From Chiloscyllium plagiosum (taxonomy: Eukaryota), in the NCBI RefSeq assembly GCF_004010195.1, contig NC_057754.1, positions 12,701,501-12,750,790 on the forward strand: 49,290 nucleotides of DNA, given 5' to 3'. A model generated the notes under the pieces. That model saw nothing but the letters and a program-made list of their open reading frames with translations, searched no databases and had not been told where the DNA came from. Positions 10,975-23,365 of this stretch are shown piece after piece (position 1 is the first letter of the stretch; each line of letters begins with the position of its first letter). The position numbers were made by a program, and so were the translations under genes.

Positions 10975-11410
10975 TTTTTTATCTCACTCAGTGCTATGCA
11001 ACCTTTGACATCCAGGGTTCCCTCGGCTTGTTGATCCCACATTTCACCTCTGCGGTGGCTCTCACGATTACCTTTGTGAATTTCTCCCACTGCTCCGATG
11101 TGGATTTTCCCTACAAGCAGTTTCTCCTGGCCCACTTTCGGCAGATCCTGACTTACAGCTAGCCTCTCCCCAGTTCAGAATTTTATACCGGATCTATCTT
11201 CAGCCTTACCCATGATGCTCTTAAATCTCAGTGGACTGGGGTCATTGTCACACCACCATTTTTCCACTTCATTCCCGAAAATAAAGTTCAGCACATCCCA
11301 CTCTCCTGTGGGATTTTACACGTGCTGCCTTAAGAAAATACTCCCCCGGATAGATTTGAAGAAATTTCACTTCCCTCAAAACCTTTCAAACTTTGTGTCT
11401 CCTGCTTACT
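10975..11410 (-). mobile_element. Highly degenerate CR1 endonuclease-region fragment
   Basis: Decayed similarity to the younger CR1 EN fragment at 28476-28917. Confidence 0.45.
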
Positions 11411-11444
11411 ATCGGGGAGGTCAAAATGGGGGAAGTGACGACCT

Positions 11445-11787
11445 CGTGGCATTATCGCTGGACTGGTTAATCGAGAGGTCCAGATATTGTTCTGCGGACC
11501 TGGATTGAATGGCGGATGATGGAATTTGAATTCAATAGAAAAGAAATCTGGAGTTAAGAGTCCAATGATGCCCATGAATCCATTGTCAATCTTCAGAAAA
11601 ACCCATCTGGTTCCCTAATGCCCTTTTGGGAAGAAATCTGCCATCTTTACCCGGTCTGGTCTAGATGCGACTCCAGACCCACAGCAATGGGGTTGACTCT
11701 TAACTTCCCTCTGGGTAATTAGGGACAGAGCAGTAAATGCTCCTCACAAAGTGATGCCCTCATTCCATGAATGAATTAAAAATAAAT
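11445..11787 (+). mobile_element. Non-HE1 tRNA-derived SINE with LINE-type tail
   Basis: Core aaaacccatctggttccctaatgcccttttgggaagaaatctgcc..ctccagacccacagcaatg; tail ..cattccatgaatgaattaaaaataaa; tail related to the LINE 3' end at 33476-33645. Confidence 0.7.
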
Positions 11788-11836
11788 CCCTATCATTACT
11801 ATGTTGTATTTACACTTCTTAGAGATTTGCCTCATA

Positions 11837-12150
11837 GGCGGCATGGTGGCTCAGTGGTTAGCACTGCAGCCGCACAGCACCAGGGTCCCCGGTTCACCCC
11901 CAGCCTCGGCCGACCGTCTGCACATTCTCCCCGCGTCTGCACGGGTCTCCTCTGGGTGCTCTGGTTTCCTCCCACAACCCAAAGATACGCAGATCAGGTG
12001 AACCGGCCATGCTAAACTGCCCATAGTGTTAGGTGCATTAGTCAGAGGGAAATGGGTCTGGGTTGATTACTCTTTGTAGGGTCACTGCGGACTGGTTGGG
12101 CCGAAGGGCCTGTTTCCACACTGTAGGGAATCTAAACTAATCTAATCTAA
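11837..12150 (+). mobile_element. HE1-type V-SINE, near full length
   Basis: ggcggcatggtggctcagtggttagcactgc head, V-domain, (ctaat)n tail. Confidence 0.9.
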
Positions 12151-12162
12151 TTCATCTCCTCA

Positions 12163-12347
12163 GAGAAAGTGAGGACTGTGATGCTGAAGATCAGAGTTGA
12201 GAATGTGGTGCTGGAAAAGCTCAGCAGGCCAGGCAGCATCCGAGGAGCAGGAGAACCGACGCCTCGGGCATAAGCCCAACACCAGGAATGCTGTCCTGAT
12301 GAAGGGCCTCCGACCGAAACGTCAACCCTCCCGCTTCCCGAACGATG
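12163..12347. mobile_element. PLE-derived fold-back fragment with hammerhead, fused to a CR1 5' end
   Basis: Same arm as 3175-3280; decayed minus-strand core at ~12256-12289 and plus-strand CTGATGA..GAAACGTC at 12296-12323. Confidence 0.8.
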
Positions 12348-13207
12348 TTTGAGATAGGGGTGACCACCGATGCTCCTGCCGACTACATCTGCAGGAAATG
12401 CAGTCAGCTCCTGCTCCTCACAGAACGCATTAGGGAACTGGAGCTGGAGTTTGATGAACTGAGGATTATTCGAGGGGCTGAGAGGGTGATAGATAGAAGC
12501 TACAGGGACATAGTTATGCCAGAGAACAGAGGTAGCTGGGTAACAGTTAGAGGTGTGAAGGGGAGGAAGCAGGCAGTGCAGGGATCCCCTGTGGTCGTTC
12601 CCCTCAACAATAAGTATACCGCTTTGGATACTGTTGGGGGGAGACGGCCTAGCAGGGGTAAGCTGCAGCGACCGGGTTTCTGGCACGAGGTCCGGCTCTG
12701 AGGCTCAGAAGGGTAAGGGGGAGAGGAGGAGAGCGCTAGTTATAGGAGACTCTATAGTTAGAGGGACAGACAGGCGGTTCTGTGGACATGGGCGAAATTC
12801 TCGGATGGTTTGTTGCCTCCCGGGTGCCGGGTCCGAGACGTCTCGGGCCGTGTCTTCAGAATCCTTAAGGGGGAAGGTGTGCAGCCAGAAGTCATGGTGC
12901 ACGTTGGCACCAACGACATAGGTAGGAAGAGGGGTGGGGAGGTCATTCAGGAGCTCAGGGAGTTAGGCTGGAAGCTAAAAGCTAGGACGGACAGAGTCGT
13001 CATCTCTGGGTTGTTGCCGGTGCCACGTGACAGTGAGGCAAGGAATAGGGAGAAAGTGCAGTTGAACACGTGGCTGCAAGGATGGTGTAGGAGGGAGGGC
13101 TTCAGGTATTTGGACAATTGGACTGCATTCTGGCGAAGGTGGGACCTGTACAAGCAGGACGGATTGCACCTGAACCAGAAGGGCACCAATATCCTGGGAG
13201 GTAGGTT
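12345..13207 (+). pseudogene. CR1 ORF1 (SGNH/GDSL esterase type), frameshifted
   Basis: Pieces lie in ORFs 12345-12701, 12634-12921 and 12810-13207. Confidence 0.85.
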
Positions 13208-13559
13208 NNNNNNNNNNNNNNNNNNNNNNNNNNNNNNNNNNNNNNNNNNNNNNNNNNNNNNNNNNNNNNNNNNNNNNNNNNNNNNNNNNNNNNNNNNNNN
13301 NNNNNNNNNNNNNNNNNNNNNNNNNNNNNNNNNNNNNNNNNNNNNNNNNNNNNNNNNNNNNNNNNNNNNNNNNNNNNNNNNNNNNNNNNNNNNNNNNNNN
13401 NNNNNNNNNNNNNNNNNNNNNNNNNNNNNNNNNNNNNNNNNNNNNNNNNNNNNNNNNNNNNNNNNNNNNNNNNNNNNNNNNNNNNNNNNNNNNNNNNNNN
13501 NNNNNNNNNNNNNNNNNNNNNNNNNNNNNNNNNNNNNNNNNNNNNNNNNNNNNNNNNNN

Positions 13560-15804
13560 GCTCTTTAGATCAAGTAGTTTGGATGGGGCGGTGTTTGTGC
13601 AGTGTGTCCAGGAAGCTTTTCTAACTCAGTATGTAGATTGTCCGACCAGAGGGGAGGCCATATTGGATTTGGTACTTGGTAACGAACAGGGACAAGTGAT
13701 GGGCTTGTTAGTGGGTGAACATTTTGGTGATGGTGACCACAATTCTGTGACTTTCACCTTGGTTATGGAGAGAGATAGGTGCATGCAACAGGGTAGGTTT
13801 TACAATTGGGGAAGGGTAAATATGATGCTGTAAGACAGGATCTGAGGAGCATAAGTTGGGAGCATAGGCTGTCAGGGAAGGATGTTGTGGAAATGTGGAA
13901 CTTTTTCAAGGAACAGATACGATCTGTCCTTGATATGTATGTACCTGTCAGGCAGGAAAGAGATGGTCGTGTGAGGGAACCTTGGCTGACGAGGGAGGTT
14001 GAATGTCTTGCAAAGAGGAAGAAGCAGGCTTACATAAGGTTGAGGAAACAAGGTTCAGACAGAGCGTTGGAGAGATACAGGATAGCCAGAAGGGAGCTGA
14101 AGAAAGGGATTAGGAGAGCTAACAGAGGGCATGAAAAATCTTTGGCGGATAGGATCAAGGATAACCCCAAGACATTTTATGCGTATGTGAGAAACATGAG
14201 AATGACGACAACAAGGGTAGGTCCGATCAAGGACAGTAGTGGGAGACTGTGTATTGAGTTGGAAGAGATAGGAGAGGTCTTGAATGAGTGCTTTTCTTCA
14301 GTATTTACAAATGAGAGGGACCGTATCATTGAAGAGGAGAGTGTGAAACGGACTGGTAAGCTAGAAGTAATACTTGTTAGGAAGGAAGATGTGTTGGGCA
14401 TTTTGAAAAACTTGAGGATAGACAAGTCCCCCAGGCCTGACGGGATATATCCTAGGATTATGTGGGAAATAAGAGAGAAAATTGCAGAGCCGTTGGCAAT
14501 TATCTTTTCATCTTCACTGTCAACGGGGGTGGTACCAGGGGACTGGAGAGTGGCGAATGTTGTGCCCCTGTTCAAAAAAGGGAATAGGGATAATCCTGGG
14601 AATTACAGGGCAGTTAGTCTTACTTCTAGGCAACGTAATGGAAAGGGTACTGAGGGATAGGATTTATGAGTATCTGGAAAGACATTGCTTGATTAAGGAC
14701 AGCCAGCAGGGATGTGTGAGGGGTAGGTCTTGCCTTACAAGTCTTATTGAATTCTTTGAGGAGGTGACCAAGCATGTGGATGAGGGTAGAGCAGTGGATG
14801 TAGTGTACATGGATTTTAGTAAGGTATTTGATAAGGTTCCCCATGGTAGGCTTATGCGGAAAGACAGGAGGCATAGGATAGAGGGAAATTTGGCCAGTTG
14901 GATAGAAAACTGGCTAACCGGTCAAAGTCAAAGAGTGGTAGGAGATGGTAAATATTCAGCCTGGAGCCCAGTTACAAGTGAAGTTCCGCAGGGATCAGTT
15001 CTGGGTCCTCTGCTGTTTGTAATTTTTATTAATGACTTGGAAGAGGGAGTCGAAGGGTGGGTCAGTAAATTTGCAGATGATACGAAGATTGGTGGAGTTG
15101 TGGATAGTGAGGAGGGCTGTTGTCGGCTGCAAAGGGACTCAGATATGATGCAGAGCTGGGCTGAGGAGTGGCAGTTGGAGTTCAACCCTATCAAGTGTGA
15201 GGTTGTCCATTTTGGAAGGACAAATAAGAATCCGGAATACAGGGTTAACGGTAGGGTTCTTAATAAGGTGGAGGAACAGAGGGATCTTGGGATCTATGTT
15301 CATAGATCTTTGAAAGTTGCCACTCAGGTGGATAGAGCTTCTAAGAAGGCCTATGGTGTATTAGCGTTCATTAGCAGTGGGATTGAATTCAAGAGTCGTG
15401 AAGTGATGTTGCAGCTGTACAGGACCTTGGTTAGGCCACATTTGGAGTACTGTGTGCAGTTCTGGTCGCCTCACTTTCGGAAAGATATGGAAGCTTTGGA
15501 GAGGGTGCAGAGAAGATTTACTAGGATGTTGCCTGGAATGGAGAATAGGTCGTACGAGGATAGGTTGAGCATGCTAGGCCTTTTCTCATTGGAACGGCAA
15601 AGGATGAGGGGTGACTTGATAGAGGTTTATAAGATGATCAGAAGAATAGATAGAGTAGACAGTCAGAAACTTTTTCCCCGGGTACAACAGAGTGTTACAA
15701 GGGGACATAAACATAAGATGAAGGGTGGAAGGTATGGGGGGATGTCAGGGGTAGGTTCTTTACCCAGAGAGTGGTGGGGGCATGGAATGCACTGCCTGTG
15801 GTAG
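13560..15804 (+). pseudogene. CR1 ORF2 endonuclease-reverse transcriptase, frameshifted
   Basis: ORFs 13579-13833, 13806-14660 and 14482-15804; frameshifts near 13815, 14630 and 15735. Confidence 0.92.
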
Positions 15805-16194
15805 TGGCAGAGTTAGAATCATTTGTGACCTTTAAGCAGCAATTGGATAGGTACATGGATGGGTACTTTAGCTGGGACAAATGTTCGGCATAACATCGTG
15901 GGCCGAAGGGCCTGTTCTGTGCTGTCTTATTCTATGATCTATGTTCTATGTTCTATGCCCGACCCACTGTGCCCCTCCAGCAACGCACCCTCGACTCATA
16001 TCTGTCTCCCTCTATTGGTCTTCGGAGGTCTTTAGTACATTCCCAGCAAAAGAATTGCCCCATCCTTCCTCCCATTTTTCGTTATTTTAAGTTATACCCG
16101 TATGGCCTCACCTCAGGAACTTTCTAAGGTATCATTCCTCCTGCCGCAGTAGTTGAGTCTTCAATCAGTATTAAAACCTCACCTTCTTTTACAG

Positions 16195-16426
16195 CACACA
16201 CATATCCCTGTCATACTGCAGTTCCTATGGTTAACCCACCCAGTCTGCGCATCCCTGCATACCACAGGACAATTTCCCATGGCCAATCCATCCTAACCCG
16301 CACATCCCTGGATCATGGGAGGAAACCCACACAGACGTGGGGAGAATGTGCAAACTCCACACAGGCAGTCGCCCGAGGCTGGAACCGAACCTGCGAGGCA
16401 GCAGTGCTGACCACTGAGCCACCGTT
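16195..16426 (-). mobile_element. V-SINE variant (HE1-related, different tail)
   Basis: Head and V-domain on the minus strand; tail differs from the (ttaga)n copies. Confidence 0.8.
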
Positions 16427-16639
16427 CTATACTTGCCCTGTGCATCATTCCTACCCCCCCCCCCCCACCCCACCCCATGATGTACCTTCACTCCTTAACC
16501 TATGCACCTGCCAAATTAGCTTAAAGCCGCTCCCAATGCACGAGCTCACCACATCACCACAGCCACCAGCCCTGGCAAGGGTATTACATCTCATTCTGGT
16601 TCTGATGGAACCCCCGTTGGACTTGTCCAGGCCTCACCT

Positions 16640-17400
16640 TCCCCAGAAACCAACCCAGTGATGCTGAAATCTAACGCCTGCCCAACTCGTCAGCCATGCA
16701 TTCATCTGTTCGATCACCTAGAATCACTTCACGTGGCAACAGGAATAATCCAGAGATTACAACCTTCGAGGTGCTGCTTTCTGAACTCCCACCAAGCCCC
16801 TTGTTGCAGGAGCCTTTTGGGCCGATATCCTTGGTCCCAGTTTGAACCACAATTGCTGACTGCTCACCCTCCCCCCACTTCAGAACGACATCCTTGACGC
16901 TGACCCAGGGAGGCAGCCACTACCCTGGAGGCACATCTGTGGGCCCAGATAATCCTGTTTTACGCCCTCGGGATTGAATCTCCTGCCACTATTCCTCTAC
17001 CTCCCCTTCGACTGTGCAGCTAGGCCGTGGCTGCACTCCCCCAGGGGATACGGTCACTCTCACCGGGACCGACACAGAAAGTCTGTTCCTGACTGTGATA
17101 TCCACGGGGCTTTCTTGACAACCGATACCTTTCTTCTAAACGATGGTCACCCATTCCCTCGCTGATGGCACTTCGTGAAGCTGCGGAGTGACCACATCTT
17201 CAAAAAAGAGACATGCCATCCACGCAACTCTCAGCCTCACAGACGCACTACTGTGACACAAGCTGATGCTCAGTGTCCAAAATCCAGCGCTCAAACCAGC
17301 GACACTTCCTACTCATCCAAACTTCCAGGAGTGTTTGGGATTTCCTACATACAGTCTTGTATTTACACAGGACTGAGTCTCCCTGCCATGCCTAGGCTCA
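16640..17400 (-). mobile_element. Degenerate CR1 ORF1 (esterase) fragment
   Basis: Reverse complement resembles ..tgcctccctgggtcagcgtcaaggatgtc.. and the GTND and WL..W regions. Confidence 0.6.
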
Positions 17401-17874
17401 ACTTACACCCCTTGACTCTTAATTTTACTCTCCTTCCCTTCTCCTACTTTGGCTTACTTGGATGACTTTCACCTACTTCAGGTGCTCTCTGAGGCAACCA
17501 CAGAGGTTAAGATCCTGTTCCAGAGCGGAAAAAGGGTTTTAACCCATACCCTGCGCCACAGTGCATTGCTCAAACGGCAAAACAAAAGGTCAAACACAGG
17601 TCTTGCACGGGAACACTGAGGACACTTCAATTGGATGCGGTGCCCAGACATGGTGAGAGGGGCACGCTGGACGCAGGTCATTCGTTCACCACTCTGTGCT
17701 AACCCGTGAACCGGACAGCCGTAGGATGTGAATCGTGTGAGCTGGGCAGGAAGACTCAAAGGTCATTGATAGATTAGGGTCAGAGGCTTCAGCCAACACC
17801 CATTCCCCCCAATGTTGTGAGTGGGATTTCAGCGGGGAAGGAGTTGGCGTGATGAACACCCCACTGTACGGCTG

Positions 17875-18508
17875 TCATAGAGATGTACAGTACGAAAATA
17901 ACACCCTTTTGTTCAACTCGTCCGTGCCGACCAGATATCCTATTTGCCAATATTTGGCCTATATCCCTCTAAACCCTTCCTATTCATATACTCATCCAGA
18001 TGCCTTTTAAATGCTGTAATTATACCAGCCTCCTCACACGCACCACCCTCTGATCCTCAGGTCCCTTTTAAATCTTCCTCATCTCACCTTAAACCTATGC
18101 CCGCTACTTTGGACTCCCCCACCCCAGGGAAAAGACCTTATCTCATGATTTTATAAACCTCTATAAGGTCACTCCTGAGCCTCCAATATCCCAGTCCCTT
18201 TAGCCTCTCTCTATTGCGCAAACCCTCCAAACCTGGCAACACTGCTGTAAAGTATTTTCTGAAGCCTGTCAAGTTTCACAGCATCTTTCCGATAGCAGGG
18301 AGATCAGAATTGAATGCAGCATTCCAAAAGTGGCCTAACCGAGATGCTGTATAGCCGCAACATGGCCTCCCAACTCCTTTATTCAATGTACTGTCCAATA
18401 AAGGCAAGCAAGCCAAATGCCTTCTTCACTCACCTGTCTATCTGCAACTCTACTTTCAAGGAACCTTGAACCTGCACTCCAAGGTCTCTCTGTTCAGCAA
18501 CACTCCCT
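17875..18508 (-). mobile_element. CR1 3' end
   Basis: Matches 9951-10338 and the CR1 3' UTR. Confidence 0.85.
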
Positions 18509-18699
18509 TGCTGGAGACCTCTGCTGTTCTCGGTGGTTGTGTGATCAATCCTTGTGAAGCAGCATATACTGACATGAGCCAGAGATTATGGAAGTGTCAG
18601 GAACAGGAAAAGGACACAGAGCAGTATCGAGGAAAAAAAGACTATTGGAAAAGAACAATTTCTGTGGCTTCTGCATCATGTATTTTATTTGTTCATTTG

Positions 18700-19195
18700 G
18701 CTCTCACTAGGGTGCAGTTCTACAATTCACGTTATAGCAGGGATATGATAGCTATTGAAAAGGTGCACAAGTGATTTACCAGGATATTGTCTGGGCTGAA
18801 GAGGTTGAGTTATGAAGAGAGATTGGACAGACTGGGGTTGTTTCTCTTAGAGCAGGAGAGATTGAGATGAGATACAAAATAATGAAGGATATAGATAGGG
18901 TAGACTGAAAAAACGAGTTTCCCCTTAATGGAAGGATTGATCAGCAGGAATTTATGGTTAAGAAAAGAAAGCTTTGTATAGATGTGCGGAAAAACGTTAT
19001 CAGCCAGCAGGTGATTGAATCTGGAGCTCTGTAAGGGTTTGGAGATGTAGAAACGATCATAATCTTCAGAAGTATTCAGATGTGAATTTGTGAAGCTAAG
19101 GCACACAGGGCCAAGTGATGGAAAATGGGGTGAGGACAGTCAAGCGGTTGTTCTTGACAAGAGCGCGAACAAGGAGTCTGAGGGCTGCCTTTTCA
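18700..19195 (+). mobile_element. Degenerate CR1 3' end
   Basis: VQFYNSRYSRDMIAIEKVHK followed by a decayed C-terminus and UTR. Confidence 0.75.
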
Positions 19196-19202
19196 TGAGT
19201 TT

Positions 19203-19274
19203 TCTTCGGCAACATAGTGGCTATCATCCCCACCTGTTAGGCGGGAGACCGGGTTTCAATTTCCCGCTGGAGAG
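19203..19274 (+). pseudogene. tRNA-Asp(GTC)-derived pseudogene (anticodon now GTT)
   Basis: tcttcggcaacatagtggctatcatccccacctgttaggcgggagaccgggtttcaatttcccgctggagag, 72 nt, colinear with vertebrate tRNA-Asp-GTC; B box damaged. Confidence 0.8.
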
Positions 19275-19289
19275 GATTCGAGTATCTTG

Positions 19290-20070
19290 GGCCTTCAATG
19301 TTTGTGCAAAGTTTTGCAGCCCGGATGTTATGGGGTTGTTCGGCAAAGCTGGGAAAATGGTTTGCAACCATTTCCTCCACTTTCCCGGTGACATCCTCAA
19401 GGCTGCAGAGCCTCCTGTGAAGCGCTGCTATCCTGTGGTGGTTGCAATTAGTTTCGCTTTGTTCCCACTGGCTGCGGATGTTCATTGTGGTGGACAGTAT
19501 ATTGGGTCGAGGTCAAAGTGCTTATTGATGGAGTCTGTGGATGAGTGCCATGCTTCTCAAAATTTTCTGGCTGCCCTCTGTTTGGCTTGTCCTATTATTG
19601 TTGTGCTGCTCCAGTGGAATGTATGGTCCTTGTTATCTGTATGTTTGTTACTAGGTACAGCTGGTCGTGGCGATTCGTGGGTACTATACAGATTGTTTGC
19701 CCAGAACGGTTATCCCTGCAGCTTCATCTGCAGATGTCTGCTGAACAAACAAGGTGACGTGGACATGCCACAATCCAACACAATAGCCACTCTACTGACA
19801 TAATAAAAGCATTTCAGAACTGACAGACAGACTCGTCCCACCTCTTGAGTTTATGACAGCCCATAAACGACAGCCACACTCAGACAACAACTCACCAGAA
19901 CAAAAGGCCTAAAACCCATCATTTACAGGACAAACATGGTGTGCAAGATTCCATGCAGGGACTGCACGAAACACTATATAGGACTAACAGACAGACAATT
20001 GGTGATCCACATTCATGAAGATCAACTAGCACCTAAACGCCACGGCCAGCTGTCACTAGTAGCTATACTC
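19290..20070. mobile_element. Degenerate Penelope-like element with inverted segments
   Basis: Minus-strand pLTR and decayed hammerhead at 19290-19660 (cf. 45790-45930); plus-strand GIY-YIG VCKIPCRDCTKHYIGLT at 19936-20060. Confidence 0.8.
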
Positions 20071-20312
20071 AGGGCACTTAGTGTCTTTTATTCCAGGATT
20101 GGTAAATGGGATTATATGACCATCTGCAGCACCATCTACTTCCTTGTGTGAGGACCTGCTGATGTAACCTATGTAAAACTCGCTTGCTTGTTGAGAAATA
20201 CATCGAAGATGGTAGCCCAGAAAAAATATTTCTGTTGTGTTTCTGGTGCTGTTCCTGGCATGGCCTGTGGCATTGTCCTTATTTTATGCTTTCTGACAGT
20301 TCAATATGTGCT

Positions 20313-20371
20313 TCTATGATCGTATAGTGTACAGTACTCTGCATTGTGCGTTCGAAATGCAGTTCCCACCA
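20313..20371 (+). pseudogene. tRNA-His(GTG)-derived pseudogene with internal deletion
   Basis: tctatgatcgtatagtgtacagtactctgcattGTG joins directly to gttcgaaatg; about 14 nt (3' anticodon stem and variable loop) missing; T-tracts follow. Confidence 0.7.
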
Positions 20372-20689
20372 GTAACGATTTTGTTTTTTCTCTTCATATA
20401 TGCAATAGTAACACACTAAAGGATCAATTAATATTGCAAGAAGACATATAGAGGCGTGTGAAGTGCTGATATGGTGGTGATATTTTTACAATGTTTAGAG
20501 GCTACCTTGATTCAGGAGATAAAGATCTGTTTGGGTACAGACGAGGAACAGTGAGGGAAAGAAATCACAAGTGGGTGTCATTTACAAGTCAACTCACAGT
20601 AACCACAATGTGAAATACAACACTCAAGAAAATATATTGTTTGAAAGAGATAAAGGAATGTCATTACCTCTCCCACTCCCAGCTCCATT

Positions 20690-21560
20690 ATAAATAAAGT
20701 TTAGAGAATCTAAACAATATATCAACTCTGTCCTATAGAACAACACCACATATATATTGTTCTTTGATTTATTTACAGGCTACTTAGTATCAGTCTTTTT
20801 TTCTGGAAAATCATTGTGAGCATTTGGAAAGGAGGCCATTGTTTTTGCTAGAAAAATAAATTTTGCTGATCTTTGTTTCATACACAAGAACACCCAGATT
20901 CCTCTGCATCACGTATTTCTGGAGTTTAACAATAGGCTGACTTTTGACTCTGCCGACGAAAGTACAAGACATTTCACTCCCGACATGAAAGTGCGTCTGC
21001 CAAGCTTTTGCCCATTCACTCAACCTACTAAGGTCCCTTTGCAGATTCCCCCGTCCTCATCACAACATGCTCTCCAACGTATTGTGTATTGTCAGCAAAA
21101 CTGGACACGTCAAACTGCCACTTCGTCCAAGTCATTAAATAAAGATAAATAATTGAAATCCTATGACTGACCACTCTGCATTTTACTAATTATATCTTTC
21201 CAACTTGAAAAATACCCATTAACGCCGATTCTGTGTCTTCTGTTAAATAAACAATGGACAGTTCATGGTCATTTCTTACTCAAACACCGTGAACTCCTAC
21301 CTTGTGCAATGACCTTTGCAATGGTTCCTTACTGAGTACCTGCAAGAAGTTCAAATGCACTTTATCTACCAGCTCCTTTGATCAACTTTGCTTGTAATGT
21401 TAGTAAAGAAATCTGGCGAGTTGTCAAGTGGGATTTTTCTTTCAACAAATGATGTTGACTCGGTTTGACAGCAATCATCTTTTATAACGTTCTGCTTTTT
21501 TTTTCATTTACAATGGTCTCTCACATTCTCCAAAGAAAACATATTGGAGCAGATGGTCTA
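20690..21560 (-). mobile_element. Degenerate CR1 RT fragment
   Basis: ORF 20811-21023 SEWAKAWQ..QRNLGVLV; FAD motif on the reverse strand at ~21090-21100. Confidence 0.75.
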
Positions 21561-22929
21561 TCAGGTCAGCTACAACTCAAGCTCTCATCAGCCACCTGAA
21601 CAAATACAGGGGGACAAGAAATGTTGGAGTCATTGTGCAGACAGGGGAAGCCGAGTATGAACCTTTCCTAATGCAATCCTCTATTCCATAAGAAATATTA
21701 AGCAATAGCTGGGAGCATGTAGTAATCACAGAGTTGCCGCGGGCAGATTTGAATCGTGCTGATTACGTTTCTTCAAAACGCCTGTGGGACGAATTCTCAC
21801 TCCACCTCCAGAAAACCTGTCTCAACAAACCGGTCTGGTCATTTGTTTGCATTTAGGAAACTCGAATTCTGAATCAGAGAAGTACCACACTCAAAGCATT
21901 AGCTGTTTCTCGTTCCAAAGATACCGTCACTTTTCTGCAGTATTCTCTGCATTTATTCTGCAGATATGCTGTTTTGCATTAAATTTCTTCGATTCCAGTC
22001 CTCTGGTAACTGACCCTGGCCAGTGGCAACATTTTCTCGTGCTCATCAACCCGCCCATTCAAACAGCTCCCTCCCACATCATTATAAACAACCCCAGGAA
22101 ATCTCTGGTTAACCTTCTTTGCACAAAAGAGCACATTCCCCATCTCGGGACTCTCTCCACAAAACGGGATTTCCTCATCACTGGAGATGGTGCAAGCGGA
22201 CAATTGTGAAGAGACTTTGGGGAAAATATTGTGAGTTGGCAGTTGGAAAAATGTTCAGCAAGCAATCCAGAAAACCCAGCTTTGTGAATCTTCAGAAAAT
22301 CTTTGGTAAGCAAAATCAGAAGAGAAGGAAGGGTGAACTGTCCGACTGAACAGAGACAGTCTCGACATCTTCCCCTTTTTTAATTGACATTGACTGTGAT
22401 GTTCTGGGACATGAACTGATCAGAGACATTGAAAGTATTCTCGTTCTGCACATCAGCAATTTAAACCTCATCTCGGCGCTGGGACAATGAGAAAATTCAG
22501 GAACAAACAAGACACTGAAAAGCTCAAGGGGAGATGGCCATAATTGTCGGAGAGCTGGTACTGGGTTGATATGAATGTGTCTGCAGAGGGTGGGATCAGA
22601 CTGTTCCCATGTCTCCACAACAGATGTCCCAGGCATTATTATGGAAAAGTAAACTTGATAGAGGACAGTTGTCATTCCGGGAGAGGCAGGCTGAAGCTTG
22701 AAATTACTTACAGCTTGCTTTAGGGGATTATGCAGAACCCCAGCTGACCAGGCTCTGTGGCTAAATGGACGGTGCATTTGGCTGCCGACGGGGAGTTTGG
22801 TGGTTTAAAACCACCCAGGGGTTTCTGCACAACTCCGGGTTTTAATGGGTTTAGAAAATGTTTCATTAAATCTTATCCAGTGAGGAACCACAAAGGGGTT
22901 TCTATATTTCTTTAATGGTTAACGTAAAG

Positions 22930-23105
22930 AATTGCGGAAGCAGGGAATCTGAAACAAAACAGAAACTGCTGGAGAAACTCAGCAGGTTTGGCTGAACCTA
23001 TGGGAGAAAACAGAGTTCTGATAAAGTTCTGAAACATTTTCTCTGACTCTCTCTTCACAGATGCTGCCAGAACTGCGAAGTTTCTCCCGCATTTTCTGTT
23101 TGTGT
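22930..23105. mobile_element. Old PLE-derived fold-back element
   Basis: aaacagaaactgctggagaaactcagcagg.. inverted against ..gccagaactgcgaagtttctcccgcattttctgttt; decayed ctgataaag..gaaac at the centre. Confidence 0.65.
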
Positions 23106-23283
23106 TTTTAAATGAATGTCCATTTCAGCTATTGGGACGGAATATCCAAACCCGCCATGTACTGACATTTAACCATTTCAAAAGATGTGAAGTGATTGGA
23201 TTCAAACAAACCCAACAATAATTCATACTTCCTCACCTCCACACACAGAGAGAGACCTGGGAAGTGGTGGTCAGTGCAGTTGC

Positions 23284-23365
23284 GTAGTCATGGCGAAGTG
23301 GTTAAGGGGATGGACTTGAAATCCATTGGGGTTTGCCTGCACAGGCTGGAATACTACCGACTGCT
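23284..23365 (+). pseudogene. tRNA-Ser(TGA)-derived pseudogene
   Basis: 82 nt, colinear with vertebrate tRNA-Ser-TGA (gtagtcatggcgaagtggttaaggggatggacttgaaatccattggggtt..); anticodon arm intact, B box GGTTCGAATCC changed to GGCTGGAATAC. Confidence 0.85.

Larger units (their letters stand above)
12344..15957 (+). mobile_element. Near full-length CR1/HER1-type LINE (frameshifted; spans gap 13208-13559)
   Basis: ORF1: CxxC/leucine-zipper-like region and SGNH esterase (VIGDSIVRG, VHVGTND, DGLHLN). ORF2: APE end (LDLVL, GDHN) and RT (DFSK.FDKVPH, PQGSVLGPLLF, FADD). (ttctatg)n tail. Confidence 0.97.

Noticed and set aside
13208..13559. Apparent internal deletion in the CR1 (gap shorter than the equivalent sequence at 48486-48914 plus the ORF1 end)
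   Set aside because: Gap sizes are estimates, so this cannot be read as biology
19090..19803. 237-aa ORF
   Set aside because: Runs across a CR1 tail, the tRNA-Asp pseudogene and antisense PLE sequence; no protein motif
21708..21723. ZNF143/Staf-like site (actacatgctcccagc, minus strand)
   Set aside because: Spacing is one base off the ACTACAnnTCCCA consensus and no adjacent gene start is evident
22799..22815. Perfect short palindrome ggtggtttaaaaccacc
   Set aside because: A single 8-bp stem with no supporting context
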